Shown here piece after piece: positions 30,379-39,574 of a stretch of 39,574 bases of DNA. The stretch spans positions 1 through 39,574 of the forward strand of contig CAZRUN010000001.1 in assembly GCA_964603415.1 (NCBI GenBank), read 5' to 3'. The notes under the pieces were generated by a model, which searched no databases, was not told the origin of the DNA, and saw only the letters and a list, made by a program, of their open reading frames with translations. This DNA comes from an uncultured Candidatus Saccharibacteria bacterium (lineage in GTDB: Bacteria; Patescibacteriota; Minisyncoccia; Phycocordibacterales; UBA9973). How positions within the stretch are numbered: the stretch's first letter is position 1; each line of letters starts with the position of its first letter. The translations under genes were made by a program, and so were the position numbers.

Positions 30379-33090
30379 ATGGCACAGCAGAAAAAAGTAA
30401 AGTACATATCAACGTTCACTGGGTATAAAAACTACCGGGATATTTTGAAGTTGCAACCAACTGACATTACTGCTGGGTCACAAAATGTTTGGATTTCTGA
30501 TGCGTCTAAAATTGAAACACGAGCAGGTATGCAGTTCTTTGGAGCACAAGGAACTATCGGTACTGCTACGCAACAATCATGGACACTTCCTCACCGTATT
30601 CACTCAAGTTACGATGAGTTTGTAAACAATCAAGGAGTTAAAATTCCATTGCGTTTTTACTATTCAGGAACTACTGCTAAGGGTGACGTAGGTGAAGTAT
30701 ACCTACCAGAATACGTTGCAGGAGTTGCTCAATCTACAAGTAAGTGGTATCAGATTACTGCAAATGCACCTGCAGTTCCTTTGGCATCTAAGCATCAGAT
30801 TTACTTTGGGCAATGGTTTGATCCATTGAATAAACAAAACCAACTGGTGATGACATACGGAACTACGAACGTTACAGCATGGACTGGAGGTTTTGCTCCT
30901 ATCACAGCGATTACAGGAACTACGATTGTAACCAATGCAACGTGGCGATCTTTAGGGTTTATTGAATCAACAGAAGGTGTTAACTCAGTTGTAGTAAACG
31001 GGGTTACTTATGCACTTACCTCAGGTGACTTTTCAACAAACACAATTACCGTAGCTTCAACTACAGGTATTTCAGTGAACAATGTTGCATTCCAAACAAT
31101 GCGTAATGATACGATTGACGATGAAACAACTGCAACTGGATTCGTTGCTGACGTGTGTTCAGTAATAAATAACCAAGTGTACTATCTTGACTGGCGACAG
31201 AAAGGTGGTCTTGTATCATGGAACCGTAACCAAGTAGCAAGTCTCGGTGTTACTGCATATCAAGGAACTAGTGGGCTTAACGATGCAGTGTTTTCAGGTA
31301 CATACACAGGAACTGACGTAAAAAATATTGAGCTAACTATCGACAGCGTAAATCCAGCGAGTGAAACACAAGAATATCTTGGAACAGGATCACAGTTGTT
31401 TTTTGATACGTCTGCATATTCAGGTGTAGGTGAAAATACGTATCAAATGAAGTGTATGTATACTCAAGTAATAACAGGTAAGTCAATGACTTATGTTGGT
31501 ACGTTCACTGATGGGGAGATTATTGTGGGTGGTACCAGTGGAGCGGTAGGTATTATTTATCAGCCTGACCCAATCACCATAAACCTTGTTGCAGGGCTTT
31601 ATACAATTAGTGGACAATTCCAGCCAAACGAAACAATTACAGGGCAAGCAAGTGGTGCTACTATCGAAGTATTTGCAATACAAGAATCTACAGGTGTTTC
31701 ATTTACTAAAAACGATGTTCCAGTTACATCACTAACTTGGTTTGGTGGTGTTACACGAGGGATTTATCAGATATCTCTTAATACTCAACCAATAGCTGCG
31801 ACACTTACATTCGTTGATGGAATTGTGATTAATTTTCCTGATGTCGTAGCTATGGACTACGGAGATACTCTTAAATTAACAATTAACCCAGGATCTGTTG
31901 ACACATTCTCATGGGCTATTAATGGAGACAACCAAGCAACTAATGTAGCAATTACAGGAGCATCACAAACATTGATTAACGGTATCTCTGTAACATTCGT
32001 AGAGACAACAGGGCATGCTATTGGAGATAAGTGGACAGTAAGTGCATTCCCTAAAGTTGATCGAGGGTGGAGACAGGTGTACTTTACTAAACCAATACGA
32101 CTTGCAGGAGAAGGGTTTAGATTCAGTCTTGATAGTAACGGGTGGGCACTAACACCACAAGAAAACTTGATGTATGTCAACGCACAAGGTGGAGAGTATT
32201 ACACGATTGGCACACAACTCATCGAATCAGGACGTGAAAACCTATCAGTACAACGACTTAAATCAGAACCTCAGAATAAGGTACTCTATCCTTACTTGAT
32301 GTCGTACATTAAAGACTACCTTGCAGTTATTTCACAAGATAAAACCTACGATATTCTAGGGCGACAGAAGTTCCTAGAACTCCCACAGACACGAACATTA
32401 TCAGACATGATCCGAGTGGACTTTGAAAGTTCAGACTGGGAAGATGCACAGATACTTTATTTCAAGCGTAAAATCTATTTCTGTTTACCAAAGGAAGGGT
32501 TTGTAATTGCATACGATGAGTATCGCAAATACTGGCACCCACCGCATTTCTTTGCACGACGTGTATCACGACTTGCAATCATTGACAACAAGCTTATAGG
32601 TCACTCTTATGAACGTAACGAAAGTTACGAGCTCTATATCGGTACAAACGACCTTGATATCTACCCTATTGAAGTACGCATTGTCACAGGATACCAAGAT
32701 GAGAACTACCACTTTGACAAGAAAACATCAGGAGCATTTGCTTGTGATGGGTATATCGAAGGAGTTCCGGTTATCAACTGGACAGTAAATGCAGGTATCG
32801 GAGGGTGTTACGGAAGACGTACAGGTACTATCAATCCAGTGTTATGTATCCCTGAGAACACCGCATCTCTTGGAAAATCATCACTTGGAAAACATGGTCT
32901 TGGAAACAATCCAGTGAACATCATTCCACACTTCTTCTATGGAGAAACATACGCAGATATATCGTTTTATCATCGCAACATTGAGTTCTACTGTAACTCA
33001 CTAGATCAACGATGGGCACTTACCTCATACGGTATCGACGTTGAACGAGGAAAACTTACCAACAGTGATATTTTTAATCCACCTAACTAG
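30379..33090 (+). CDS. Large virion structural protein (903 aa), possibly a tail tubular/nozzle protein
   Basis: Assigned by size and position after the 434-aa gene. I recognised no motif. Confidence 0.55.
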   Translation: MAQQKKVKYISTFTGYKNYRDILKLQPTDITAGSQNVWISDASKIETRAGMQFFGAQGTIGTATQQSWTLPHRIHSSYDEFVNNQGVKIPLRFYYSGTTAKGDVGEVYLPEYVAGVAQSTSKWYQITANAPAVPLASKHQIYFGQWFDPLNKQNQLVMTYGTTNVTAWTGGFAPITAITGTTIVTNATWRSLGFIESTEGVNSVVVNGVTYALTSGDFSTNTITVASTTGISVNNVAFQTMRNDTIDDETTATGFVADVCSVINNQVYYLDWRQKGGLVSWNRNQVASLGVTAYQGTSGLNDAVFSGTYTGTDVKNIELTIDSVNPASETQEYLGTGSQLFFDTSAYSGVGENTYQMKCMYTQVITGKSMTYVGTFTDGEIIVGGTSGAVGIIYQPDPITINLVAGLYTISGQFQPNETITGQASGATIEVFAIQESTGVSFTKNDVPVTSLTWFGGVTRGIYQISLNTQPIAATLTFVDGIVINFPDVVAMDYGDTLKLTINPGSVDTFSWAINGDNQATNVAITGASQTLINGISVTFVETTGHAIGDKWTVSAFPKVDRGWRQVYFTKPIRLAGEGFRFSLDSNGWALTPQENLMYVNAQGGEYYTIGTQLIESGRENLSVQRLKSEPQNKVLYPYLMSYIKDYLAVISQDKTYDILGRQKFLELPQTRTLSDMIRVDFESSDWEDAQILYFKRKIYFCLPKEGFVIAYDEYRKYWHPPHFFARRVSRLAIIDNKLIGHSYERNESYELYIGTNDLDIYPIEVRIVTGYQDENYHFDKKTSGAFACDGYIEGVPVINWTVNAGIGGCYGRRTGTINPVLCIPENTASLGKSSLGKHGLGNNPVNIIPHFFYGETYADISFYHRNIEFYCNSLDQRWALTSYGIDVERGKLTNSDIFNPPN

Positions 33091-33107
33091 CGTGAGATAT
33101 AAGAATA

Positions 33108-33116
33108 TGGTATAAT
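33108..33116 (+). promoter_or_regulatory. Extended -10 promoter element TGGTATAAT
   Basis: Exact match to the family consensus, 29 nt upstream of the ATG at 33145. Confidence 0.5.
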
Positions 33117-33144
33117 TATTATTAGGAAACCAGTTTATATTACT

Positions 33145-36100
33145 ATGAATACAGGCTTTTTATCACCAACAACAATAATCCAAAATGCACAGGGTGTAAA
33201 CTCTTGGAGTAACCCAAACAACATTCTGATCCCTAACGGGCAGTTTGCTGTTTCTACTGGTAGTACTAATATACTTACCTTAGGAAACTTCAACTTTAAC
33301 GTTGGACAAGATAACCTTGTCTCAAACTTTACAGTTCGAGTAAAAGGATACCGAGGGAGTTTCAACACAACGTTGCAGATTATTGCGATTGACGACACAT
33401 CAGGAGTTGAACTAGCGTACCCAATGACACCGTTTCAAGGGTTCTCTGGATCAAATACTCTCTACACACTTGCAAGTTCTACGTTCAATACTTCTTGGAC
33501 AGTAGACCAAGCAAACAACTTAAAACTACGACTCATCGCTGATGGTGAATTGTATCTCGACAACATTCAGATTGAGTGTTCATTCGTTGCAATCAACCCA
33601 GTAGTACCACCAACACCGACTCTTGGTGATTTGGTTGTAGATGAATTTGTTCAAGGGCAACGATTCCAACTTGCTCAATCAATGACCGCTGCAGATTTAT
33701 TCTGTTTCGTTCAATCATTTAACTTCCCTAACGGAACACCTATTCAGATTACTGACTTCTACGGAAACGCTTTAATCGTGGTAGACCAAGGGAAAGCAGG
33801 GCTTGAAGAAAACATTCGTATTACCAACATTGAGCACAACTACAACGGATCAGGACTTGTTCGATTATCATTCACTGAAATCGAAAACCGAGGACTTGAT
33901 TTCGCTTATCCTTACACCCACGATATTACTTTATGCCGTGCTCACACAGGAACAGCTGAAGTAGTTATCTCAAACTCTGCACCGTTTTACGACCGATTCC
34001 TAAAGAAGAATCAAGCAGACGTATTGTTCTCAATCCCAATCGAAGTAAAAGCTAATGGTTCTATTGTGACTTCACATGTTCACGGATTCAATTTCGTAGG
34101 AGCAGGAGTTGTAATTACACCAGATGGAGTTGATCCAGATAAAGTTGTTGTGACTATTGCAGGAGCACAGAACGCCACACCTGTACCAGTATCTACTTCT
34201 ACAGCGACCTCAGGAACTACAGCAGTACCTTCACTTACATGGCAACACACAACCAGTGGTATCGACCGATTGCTCCGAGTGCTTGTATCAACAGATGCAG
34301 TAACCGCAGTATCATCTGTTACTTACAATGGAGTTGCATTGACACTTAACCAAAGTGATACTAATGGAGTAATTACACTTAGTGAATACTTCTTAGTAGC
34401 ACCGCCAGTTGGAACGTACGATATTGTCGTTACCGTTTCACCTAACTCAGTAATTACAGCAGGAGCTGAAAGTTACGTATCAGTTAACCAAGCAAGTGCG
34501 ATTGGAGTTATAGATACTGACACAGGAAATAGTAACAACCCTACCGTAACTATAAACACAGCAACTGATTACTCAGTAATTGTAGACGGTATTGCTACTG
34601 CACAAACTCCTATTGCTTACGTAACAGGATCAGCACAGCAAATTGCTAACTATACAGTTACACCTAACACCTCATCTCGACAGCTTGGATCAAGTTATCA
34701 GAAAGCAGGTACATCACCTGATGCAGTTGTTATGGACTGGACTATCACACAGATTACAGACTGGGTTCACCTAGCTACTGAAATCAAAGGTACTGTAGCT
34801 ACTATCTCATCAGGAGTTGCAACTGTAACAGGGAACTATATCGACAATACAGATCCTGCAAACCCAGTAAGTGTAGTACCGCTGAATAATACTGCAGCAA
34901 CAGCACCTACCGTAAACGATGATGAAAGTCTCGGTTACTACGTAGATTCTAAGTGGTTTGATACTGTTACTGGAACACTTTATACCTGTACAGATGCAAC
35001 TAACGGAGCTGCTGTTTGGACAGCGATTAGTGGAAGTGGTTCACCCATTGAAGTAGAGGAAAACGGAGTATCAGTAGAAACAGGTGTAACAAAAATAAAC
35101 ATTCTTTCAAACTCACCAATTGTAACTAACCCAGCTACAGGAGAAATTGATATTAATATGACAGGATTTGGTTCAGGTGGTGGAGGCTCATCAAAGCTTG
35201 CACAAGACATGAACAACTTTCAAGCTATAAACTCAACAGGAGCATATTCAACCGCATTTACAGTAAATATACCTGGAGGAACTCTTGGAGCAGATAACTC
35301 AATTCGAGTAAGTCTCATTGACACATATTTCAGTGCTGTATCAAGTGGTTCACCTGGAATAAGAATAAGTTACGGTGGTTCTGTAGTTGCTACATTTGAT
35401 TTTGATTCTCCTATTGCAGGACAAAAAATATCAGTAAGTGGACTAATTTCTTCTTTTCTTGATTCTGCTAACCAAAAGTCTACCTTTTCTGCTGTACATA
35501 TTTCAAATAAAGCACTAGCAGACGCACAAACTATTGCAGTAGACTCTACCGTAAACCAAAACCTTGTAGTTGAAATTAAGGGTATTACTGGAGTAAACAC
35601 AATACAAAACATTGGGGGGATACTTGTTGAGTCAATTAAAACTAGTGGTAGTGGTGGAGGAGCAAACACAATTACTGCAACTGCTGGAATGGATATAGAC
35701 GGTTCTACTACACCTAAACCTGTTACTTTTGGAAACTCAGATACTGGTTCTCCAACTAGCTATAGCTTCTTTGACCAAATAGGTGGTGGTACTTTCCTAG
35801 AAAACGTAGGAACTACTACAAGAGAAAAGGTTTGTTACACAGTTCAAGTTACAGCAAACAATATTGTACAAGTAGATTATCTTGGAGTACAAATTCAAGG
35901 GGTTATAGGTTCACCAGTAGACCAATTAAGACTATCACTACAAGAAACAACTGCTGGAGTACCAAATGGAACAATTCTTGACTCTGGTACAATACCAGTA
36001 GCTGGTATGGGTAACTACTTTGTTAACTTTGCTAACCCAGTATTCCTTACCCCTGGTGTGTATGCAGTTGTTCTTGATAGAACAGGTGCGGCAGACAACA

Positions 36101-36540
36101 CAAACTACTGGCAACATTATTCAGAAAACAGAGGTGGTATAAATACTGCAGTTTCTATTTATGACGGAACAAACTGGATTAATGATAATAAGCTTGTAAG
36201 TATAATAATTGGAGCTGAATACCCAAGAGATAATGTATACATTTCTGCTCAAGGTTCTGGTTTCAGACTTCAATCAGTAATTGTAAGTTCTGGTAGTGGT
36301 AATACTTATAAGGAAACAATACCTGCTGTTCTTCAAGATTCACATGGATTTGTTACATCAAACGTATCAACTGGAAATACTGCAACAGTTGCTGTTTCAG
36401 GAGCTGTATCAGGATTTACTGGATTAACTCCTACAAGTCTATATGAAGTTACTTCAAGTGATGGAACAATAGGAGTTGGTACAGGAACAGATGTTGGTAG
36501 AGCACTCACAACAACTGATATTGTAATTATTCCAAGTTAA
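33145..36540 (+). CDS. Very large multi-domain virion protein (1131 aa), tailspike/host-recognition candidate
   Basis: Thr/Ser/Gly/Val-rich and beta-rich, with Gly linkers (GSGGGGSS, SGSGGGAN) separating domains. It has its own promoter. Confidence 0.6.
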   Translation: MNTGFLSPTTIIQNAQGVNSWSNPNNILIPNGQFAVSTGSTNILTLGNFNFNVGQDNLVSNFTVRVKGYRGSFNTTLQIIAIDDTSGVELAYPMTPFQGFSGSNTLYTLASSTFNTSWTVDQANNLKLRLIADGELYLDNIQIECSFVAINPVVPPTPTLGDLVVDEFVQGQRFQLAQSMTAADLFCFVQSFNFPNGTPIQITDFYGNALIVVDQGKAGLEENIRITNIEHNYNGSGLVRLSFTEIENRGLDFAYPYTHDITLCRAHTGTAEVVISNSAPFYDRFLKKNQADVLFSIPIEVKANGSIVTSHVHGFNFVGAGVVITPDGVDPDKVVVTIAGAQNATPVPVSTSTATSGTTAVPSLTWQHTTSGIDRLLRVLVSTDAVTAVSSVTYNGVALTLNQSDTNGVITLSEYFLVAPPVGTYDIVVTVSPNSVITAGAESYVSVNQASAIGVIDTDTGNSNNPTVTINTATDYSVIVDGIATAQTPIAYVTGSAQQIANYTVTPNTSSRQLGSSYQKAGTSPDAVVMDWTITQITDWVHLATEIKGTVATISSGVATVTGNYIDNTDPANPVSVVPLNNTAATAPTVNDDESLGYYVDSKWFDTVTGTLYTCTDATNGAAVWTAISGSGSPIEVEENGVSVETGVTKINILSNSPIVTNPATGEIDINMTGFGSGGGGSSKLAQDMNNFQAINSTGAYSTAFTVNIPGGTLGADNSIRVSLIDTYFSAVSSGSPGIRISYGGSVVATFDFDSPIAGQKISVSGLISSFLDSANQKSTFSAVHISNKALADAQTIAVDSTVNQNLVVEIKGITGVNTIQNIGGILVESIKTSGSGGGANTITATAGMDIDGSTTPKPVTFGNSDTGSPTSYSFFDQIGGGTFLENVGTTTREKVCYTVQVTANNIVQVDYLGVQIQGVIGSPVDQLRLSLQETTAGVPNGTILDSGTIPVAGMGNYFVNFANPVFLTPGVYAVVLDRTGAADNTNYWQHYSENRGGINTAVSIYDGTNWINDNKLVSIIIGAEYPRDNVYISAQGSGFRLQSVIVSSGSGNTYKETIPAVLQDSHGFVTSNVSTGNTATVAVSGAVSGFTGLTPTSLYEVTSSDGTIGVGTGTDVGRALTTTDIVIIPS

Positions 36541-36550
36541 TGTCTATACT

Positions 36551-36603
36551 TAGATTAGTCTCTTTCTGTACGGGGAGACTAATCTATAGTGCAGAGATTG
36601 CAC
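36551..36603 (+). promoter_or_regulatory. Two stem-loops after the 1131-aa gene (no U-tract)
   Basis: A perfect 12-bp stem pairs TAGATTAGTCTC (36551-36562) with GAGACTAATCTA (36575-36586). It is followed by GTGCA-GAGAT-TGCAC (36589-36603). Confidence 0.5.
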
Positions 36604-36616
36604 ACATAACACACAT

Positions 36617-37666
36617 ATGGCATACACACCCTTACAACCTAATCAACAGCCAGTATTGGGTACATCTGGAGATGCAGTAAGTGCATTACAAACACAGATC
36701 AATACTCAGAACGCTGGTAATCCAAACTTTATTCCATTAAAAGTGGACGGTCTTTATGGTCCAAAAACTCAAGCTGCAGCTAAACCACCTGTAATTGTTT
36801 CAGGTAAACCTGCAATGCAAGAGTACGCATCAACTACCGGATTCATTAATAAGTTTGCTGAAACTGATCCTTATATCCAAGCATTCCAAGCAATGCAAGC
36901 GAAGATGGGGGTTATGAACCAACAAGCTGAAAAGAATACGATAGCATCAGCAACAGCTGAAACTATGCGTAAAAAGCAAGCTGAGGAAACAGGGCAACGT
37001 CAGTATATGGCAGGGCTTGAAACAGCAGGGATTCAGTCAGGAGCTTCACGATACCTCCCTGAATATCAAGCAGGGATCATCGAAGACGCTCGACGTAGTT
37101 ACGTGGAACGTTATGCTCAGATTGACCAAGCTGAAAAACTTGCTATTGCAAAAGCACAGCAAGCGAGAATGGAGGGAGATGTTGCTGTTATGCGTGACCA
37201 GTTGGATTTGATTAAGACACTCAGAAAAGAAAAAGCTGATGCTCTTGAGAATGCTCAAAAAATGGAATGGGAGAAAACAAAGTTCGACCGACAGATGGCA
37301 TTACAATGGGCACAAGAAGGGCGACTTTCTAAGGCGTCAGGTGAAGACGGGCTTGAATATACTGAATCTGAATTAAAGAAATTACGAGGAGCAGGTATTG
37401 ATCCAACTAATACAGAAATGGCTGATAACTACTTATATGGAAAAGGTGTAGCTCCTAGTAAAGTAACAAAAGAATATCTCATTGATGAGTTAGGTTATTC
37501 AACAAATGACCTTTGGAACATTGCATTAAAACTTGGAGTACCAAGAAAGAAGAATCTCTCTAAAGAAAACGAAGTAAGTGCAATGTTTGCTGATCCTGTA
37601 ATGAAAGAGTATATTCAAATGGTGATTACATCAGGTGGTGACTTAAAAGAAATATTAAACCAATAA
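36617..37666 (+). CDS. Virion-associated protein with an N-terminal peptidoglycan-binding (PG_binding_1-like) motif and a coiled-coil body
   Basis: GDAVSALQTQIN...LKVDGLYGPKTQAAA matches G..V..LQ..L...DG.fG..T..A. The rest is Ala/Gln/Glu/Lys-rich and helical. Confidence 0.65.
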   Translation: MAYTPLQPNQQPVLGTSGDAVSALQTQINTQNAGNPNFIPLKVDGLYGPKTQAAAKPPVIVSGKPAMQEYASTTGFINKFAETDPYIQAFQAMQAKMGVMNQQAEKNTIASATAETMRKKQAEETGQRQYMAGLETAGIQSGASRYLPEYQAGIIEDARRSYVERYAQIDQAEKLAIAKAQQARMEGDVAVMRDQLDLIKTLRKEKADALENAQKMEWEKTKFDRQMALQWAQEGRLSKASGEDGLEYTESELKKLRGAGIDPTNTEMADNYLYGKGVAPSKVTKEYLIDELGYSTNDLWNIALKLGVPRKKNLSKENEVSAMFADPVMKEYIQMVITSGGDLKEILNQ

Positions 37667-37671
37667 ATTAT

Positions 37672-39574
37672 ATGATTCCAAGTTTTGAAGAATTTAAAAA
37701 ACAAAAAGCTGATAGCCTTTCAAGTAAGGCTATTGTGCCTAGTTCTGCAACAACACAAGGATCAATACCGACTTTTGAAGAGTTTAAAAAAGCAAAACAA
37801 GGAACAACTACAACACCAGTACCTGCACCAATCGTAAGTACTCCTACTCCTGCACCAGTACAACTCCCACAGCTCCCTGCTATGGAGTCAGTTCTTGATA
37901 AGACAGGTCTTAAAGGTGTGGTAAAAGACACAGCAGGTAACTTGCTCAAGAAGTTACCGTCTTTAGGGTTGCTTGATAAGGTATCTCGTGGTGTTAAAAC
38001 TGCAAAAGAATTATCTGAAGGTAAACCAATTTCAGATAAAGGTATTGGTAAAGCAATTCAACCAGTTGTTGGAGCAGTGAACATTACAGGTTCACTTATT
38101 CAAGGCGCGTCAAATATTCCGTATCAGAACTTCATGAAGAAAATGTATGAGTACCAAGCACTTCCTGAAGAAAAGAAGTCAGCGTACGCAATGGCTTTTG
38201 GTGTACCTAAAATGCCTGGATACGCATCATACTTATCAAACTTCGGTGACTTTTCAAAAGAAAAACTTACAGGTATCGGTACATTCTTACAGGAAAAATC
38301 AGGACAAGATCCACAAGTCTTGGACAACCAAATACTACAAGCACTCGGAGGTGTGGTTCCATTCTTAGCTATCTCATACGCAGGAGGTGGAGTTGGACTT
38401 GGAGCGAGTATCGTATCTAACTCAGCTATCAACGCTGAAGACGTGTACGAAGAAAACCTTAAACAAGGTAAAACTCAAGAGGAGGCTCTCAAAAAATATA
38501 CCAATACGTTTAACTCGTCATTGGTTCTTAACAGTATCCTTACAACACTCGGGGTGCAGGGTAAACTTGCAGGTACCGTACAACAAGGGTTCAAGCAGAA
38601 AGGGTTTGAGTACGTGAAAGACGTACTCGTTGAAGTGTTTGAAGAAAACGCTGAACAAATCATTACGAACTTTAACACAGGTAAACCTTGGGCTACTGGA
38701 CTTGCTGAAACATCTCTCGTGACAATCCCTGTAGCAATGATTATGGGTGGTCTTGGTATTCAATCAAGTAAAGACCTGGTTGAAAAACAGGACGATATCA
38801 AACAAAAAGAACAGGAAATCGAATCACAGAAGTTCGAGATGGTTCCAAACATTGATCCTAAAACACAGGAGGAAGTTCTTGCTTGGCAGGAATCATACAA
38901 CTTTATTACTGAAGTATTCCAACAAAATGAAAATGTAATTGAAACACCTAACACGGTTATTCAGGTGAACATGACACCATTTGGTGACGGTAAATACGCA
39001 GTGAAATTATTGATTGATGACGGACAATCTACACAAGAGATTGATTTTAACCGTATCTACAATTCAAAAGAAGAAGCACAACAAGCTGTTACACGTAACG
39101 AACAGATACTTGGTGAAATCCTAGCACCTGAAGACCTAGCAGTCCTAGACGTTGCCTTTAAAAAGAAAGAAACACAGGAGGTTGATAGTAATAATATAAT
39201 TGGAGAATCTATAATTAATTCACTAGGTGGAGGTAGATTAATAGGAGAAAAAAGAGGTGAAAATAATTTTTATATAAGACAAATAGATTCAGATTCTAAT
39301 GTTAGTGGAGTTGATATTATAAGTAAAATATTTGAAAGTAATCCAGAAATAACTAATATCACAGGTGAAGGAACTGTTGATTCTAATGGATTTTGGAAAA
39401 AGATTGGAGCAAAACTAAATCAAAAAGATTACGACGGTGGACTTGGTGCAAGATTTAAATTAACAAAAACTGATTTTGAAAAATATAAGCAGTCTAAGGA
39501 TCTGTCAAACGTTGCCTTCAAAAAGAAAGACAACACTCGGCTCTCAACCACAATCCTCGAGGATCTCAAAGGTC
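37672..39574 (+). CDS. Large internal-virion/ejection-protein candidate, open at the right edge (634 codons in the window)
   Basis: ATG in an AAATTATATG context, 5 nt after the upstream stop. I read every codon to nt 39574 and found no stop. It is absent from the ORF track only because it lacks a stop. It has hydrophobic Gly-rich segments (VVPFLAISYAGGGVGLGASIV and IPVAMIMGGLGI). Confidence 0.85.
   Translation, partial: MIPSFEEFKKQKADSLSSKAIVPSSATTQGSIPTFEEFKKAKQGTTTTPVPAPIVSTPTPAPVQLPQLPAMESVLDKTGLKGVVKDTAGNLLKKLPSLGLLDKVSRGVKTAKELSEGKPISDKGIGKAIQPVVGAVNITGSLIQGASNIPYQNFMKKMYEYQALPEEKKSAYAMAFGVPKMPGYASYLSNFGDFSKEKLTGIGTFLQEKSGQDPQVLDNQILQALGGVVPFLAISYAGGGVGLGASIVSNSAINAEDVYEENLKQGKTQEEALKKYTNTFNSSLVLNSILTTLGVQGKLAGTVQQGFKQKGFEYVKDVLVEVFEENAEQIITNFNTGKPWATGLAETSLVTIPVAMIMGGLGIQSSKDLVEKQDDIKQKEQEIESQKFEMVPNIDPKTQEEVLAWQESYNFITEVFQQNENVIETPNTVIQVNMTPFGDGKYAVKLLIDDGQSTQEIDFNRIYNSKEEAQQAVTRNEQILGEILAPEDLAVLDVAFKKKETQEVDSNNIIGESIINSLGGGRLIGEKRGENNFYIRQIDSDSNVSGVDIISKIFESNPEITNITGEGTVDSNGFWKKIGAKLNQKDYDGGLGARFKLTKTDFEKYKQSKDLSNVAFKKKDNTRLSTTILEDLKG
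39149..39530 (+). repeat. 22-bp direct repeats (1 mismatch) exactly 360 nt apart, bracketing a codon-foreign in-frame cassette
   Basis: ACGTTGCCTTTAAAAAGAAAGA lies at 39149-39170 and ACGTTGCCTTCAAAAAGAAAGA at 39509-39530. Both encode VAFKKK. Confidence 0.8.

Noticed and set aside
37668-38954. Five minus-strand and three out-of-frame plus-strand ORFs listed by the track
   Set aside because: All lie within the uninterrupted 634-codon plus-strand ORF that starts at 37672.

Overview
The window looks like an essentially complete ~39.6-kb genome of a virulent, AT-rich dsDNA phage. It is probably podovirus-like, since I recognise no tail tube, sheath or tape measure. It appears circularly permuted here: a long ORF runs off the right edge and continues in frame into nt 1-98. 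Two divergent arms leave a 0.7-kb repeat-rich control region at 13.73-14.41 kb. (a) The leftward early/replication arm carries a prim-pol + SF3 primase-helicase, an RHH regulator, a very acidic 45-aa protein, a RecB-like PD-(D/E)XK nuclease, YopX, a DUF3268 zinc-finger protein, an SF2 helicase and many tiny ORFs. It is interrupted by a 464-nt non-coding island. (b) The rightward arm carries an SSB-like protein, TerS, TerL, portal, scaffold, decoration protein and major capsid. These are followed by a BclA-like collagen protein plus a GT2-TPR glycosyltransferase, two paralogous repeat-rich fibres, large tail/ejection proteins, and (across the junction) the lysis cassette at nt 102-2185. A small HNH cassette sits between two bidirectional terminators where the arms converge. 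Genes are tightly packed and lack Shine-Dalgarno sequences, with a recurrent TTATATGGCA start context. Several are driven by a conserved extended -10 promoter (TGGTATAAT) that gives leaderless or near-leaderless mRNAs. I recognised no rRNA, tRNA, CRISPR array, integrase, DNA polymerase or RNA polymerase. The most interesting items are listed here. (1) A promoter, ~190-nt structured RNA and terminator unit sits in front of the capsid genes. (2) The collagen-like protein and glycosyltransferase form a candidate virion glycosylation pair. (3) An iteron/palindrome array and consensus DnaA boxes occur in a genome without its own polymerase. (4) The early arm contains the non-coding island. (5) A codon-foreign in-frame cassette flanked by 22-bp direct repeats lies in a long ORF that the ORF track misses. 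All functional calls come from motif reading by eye; no searches were run.
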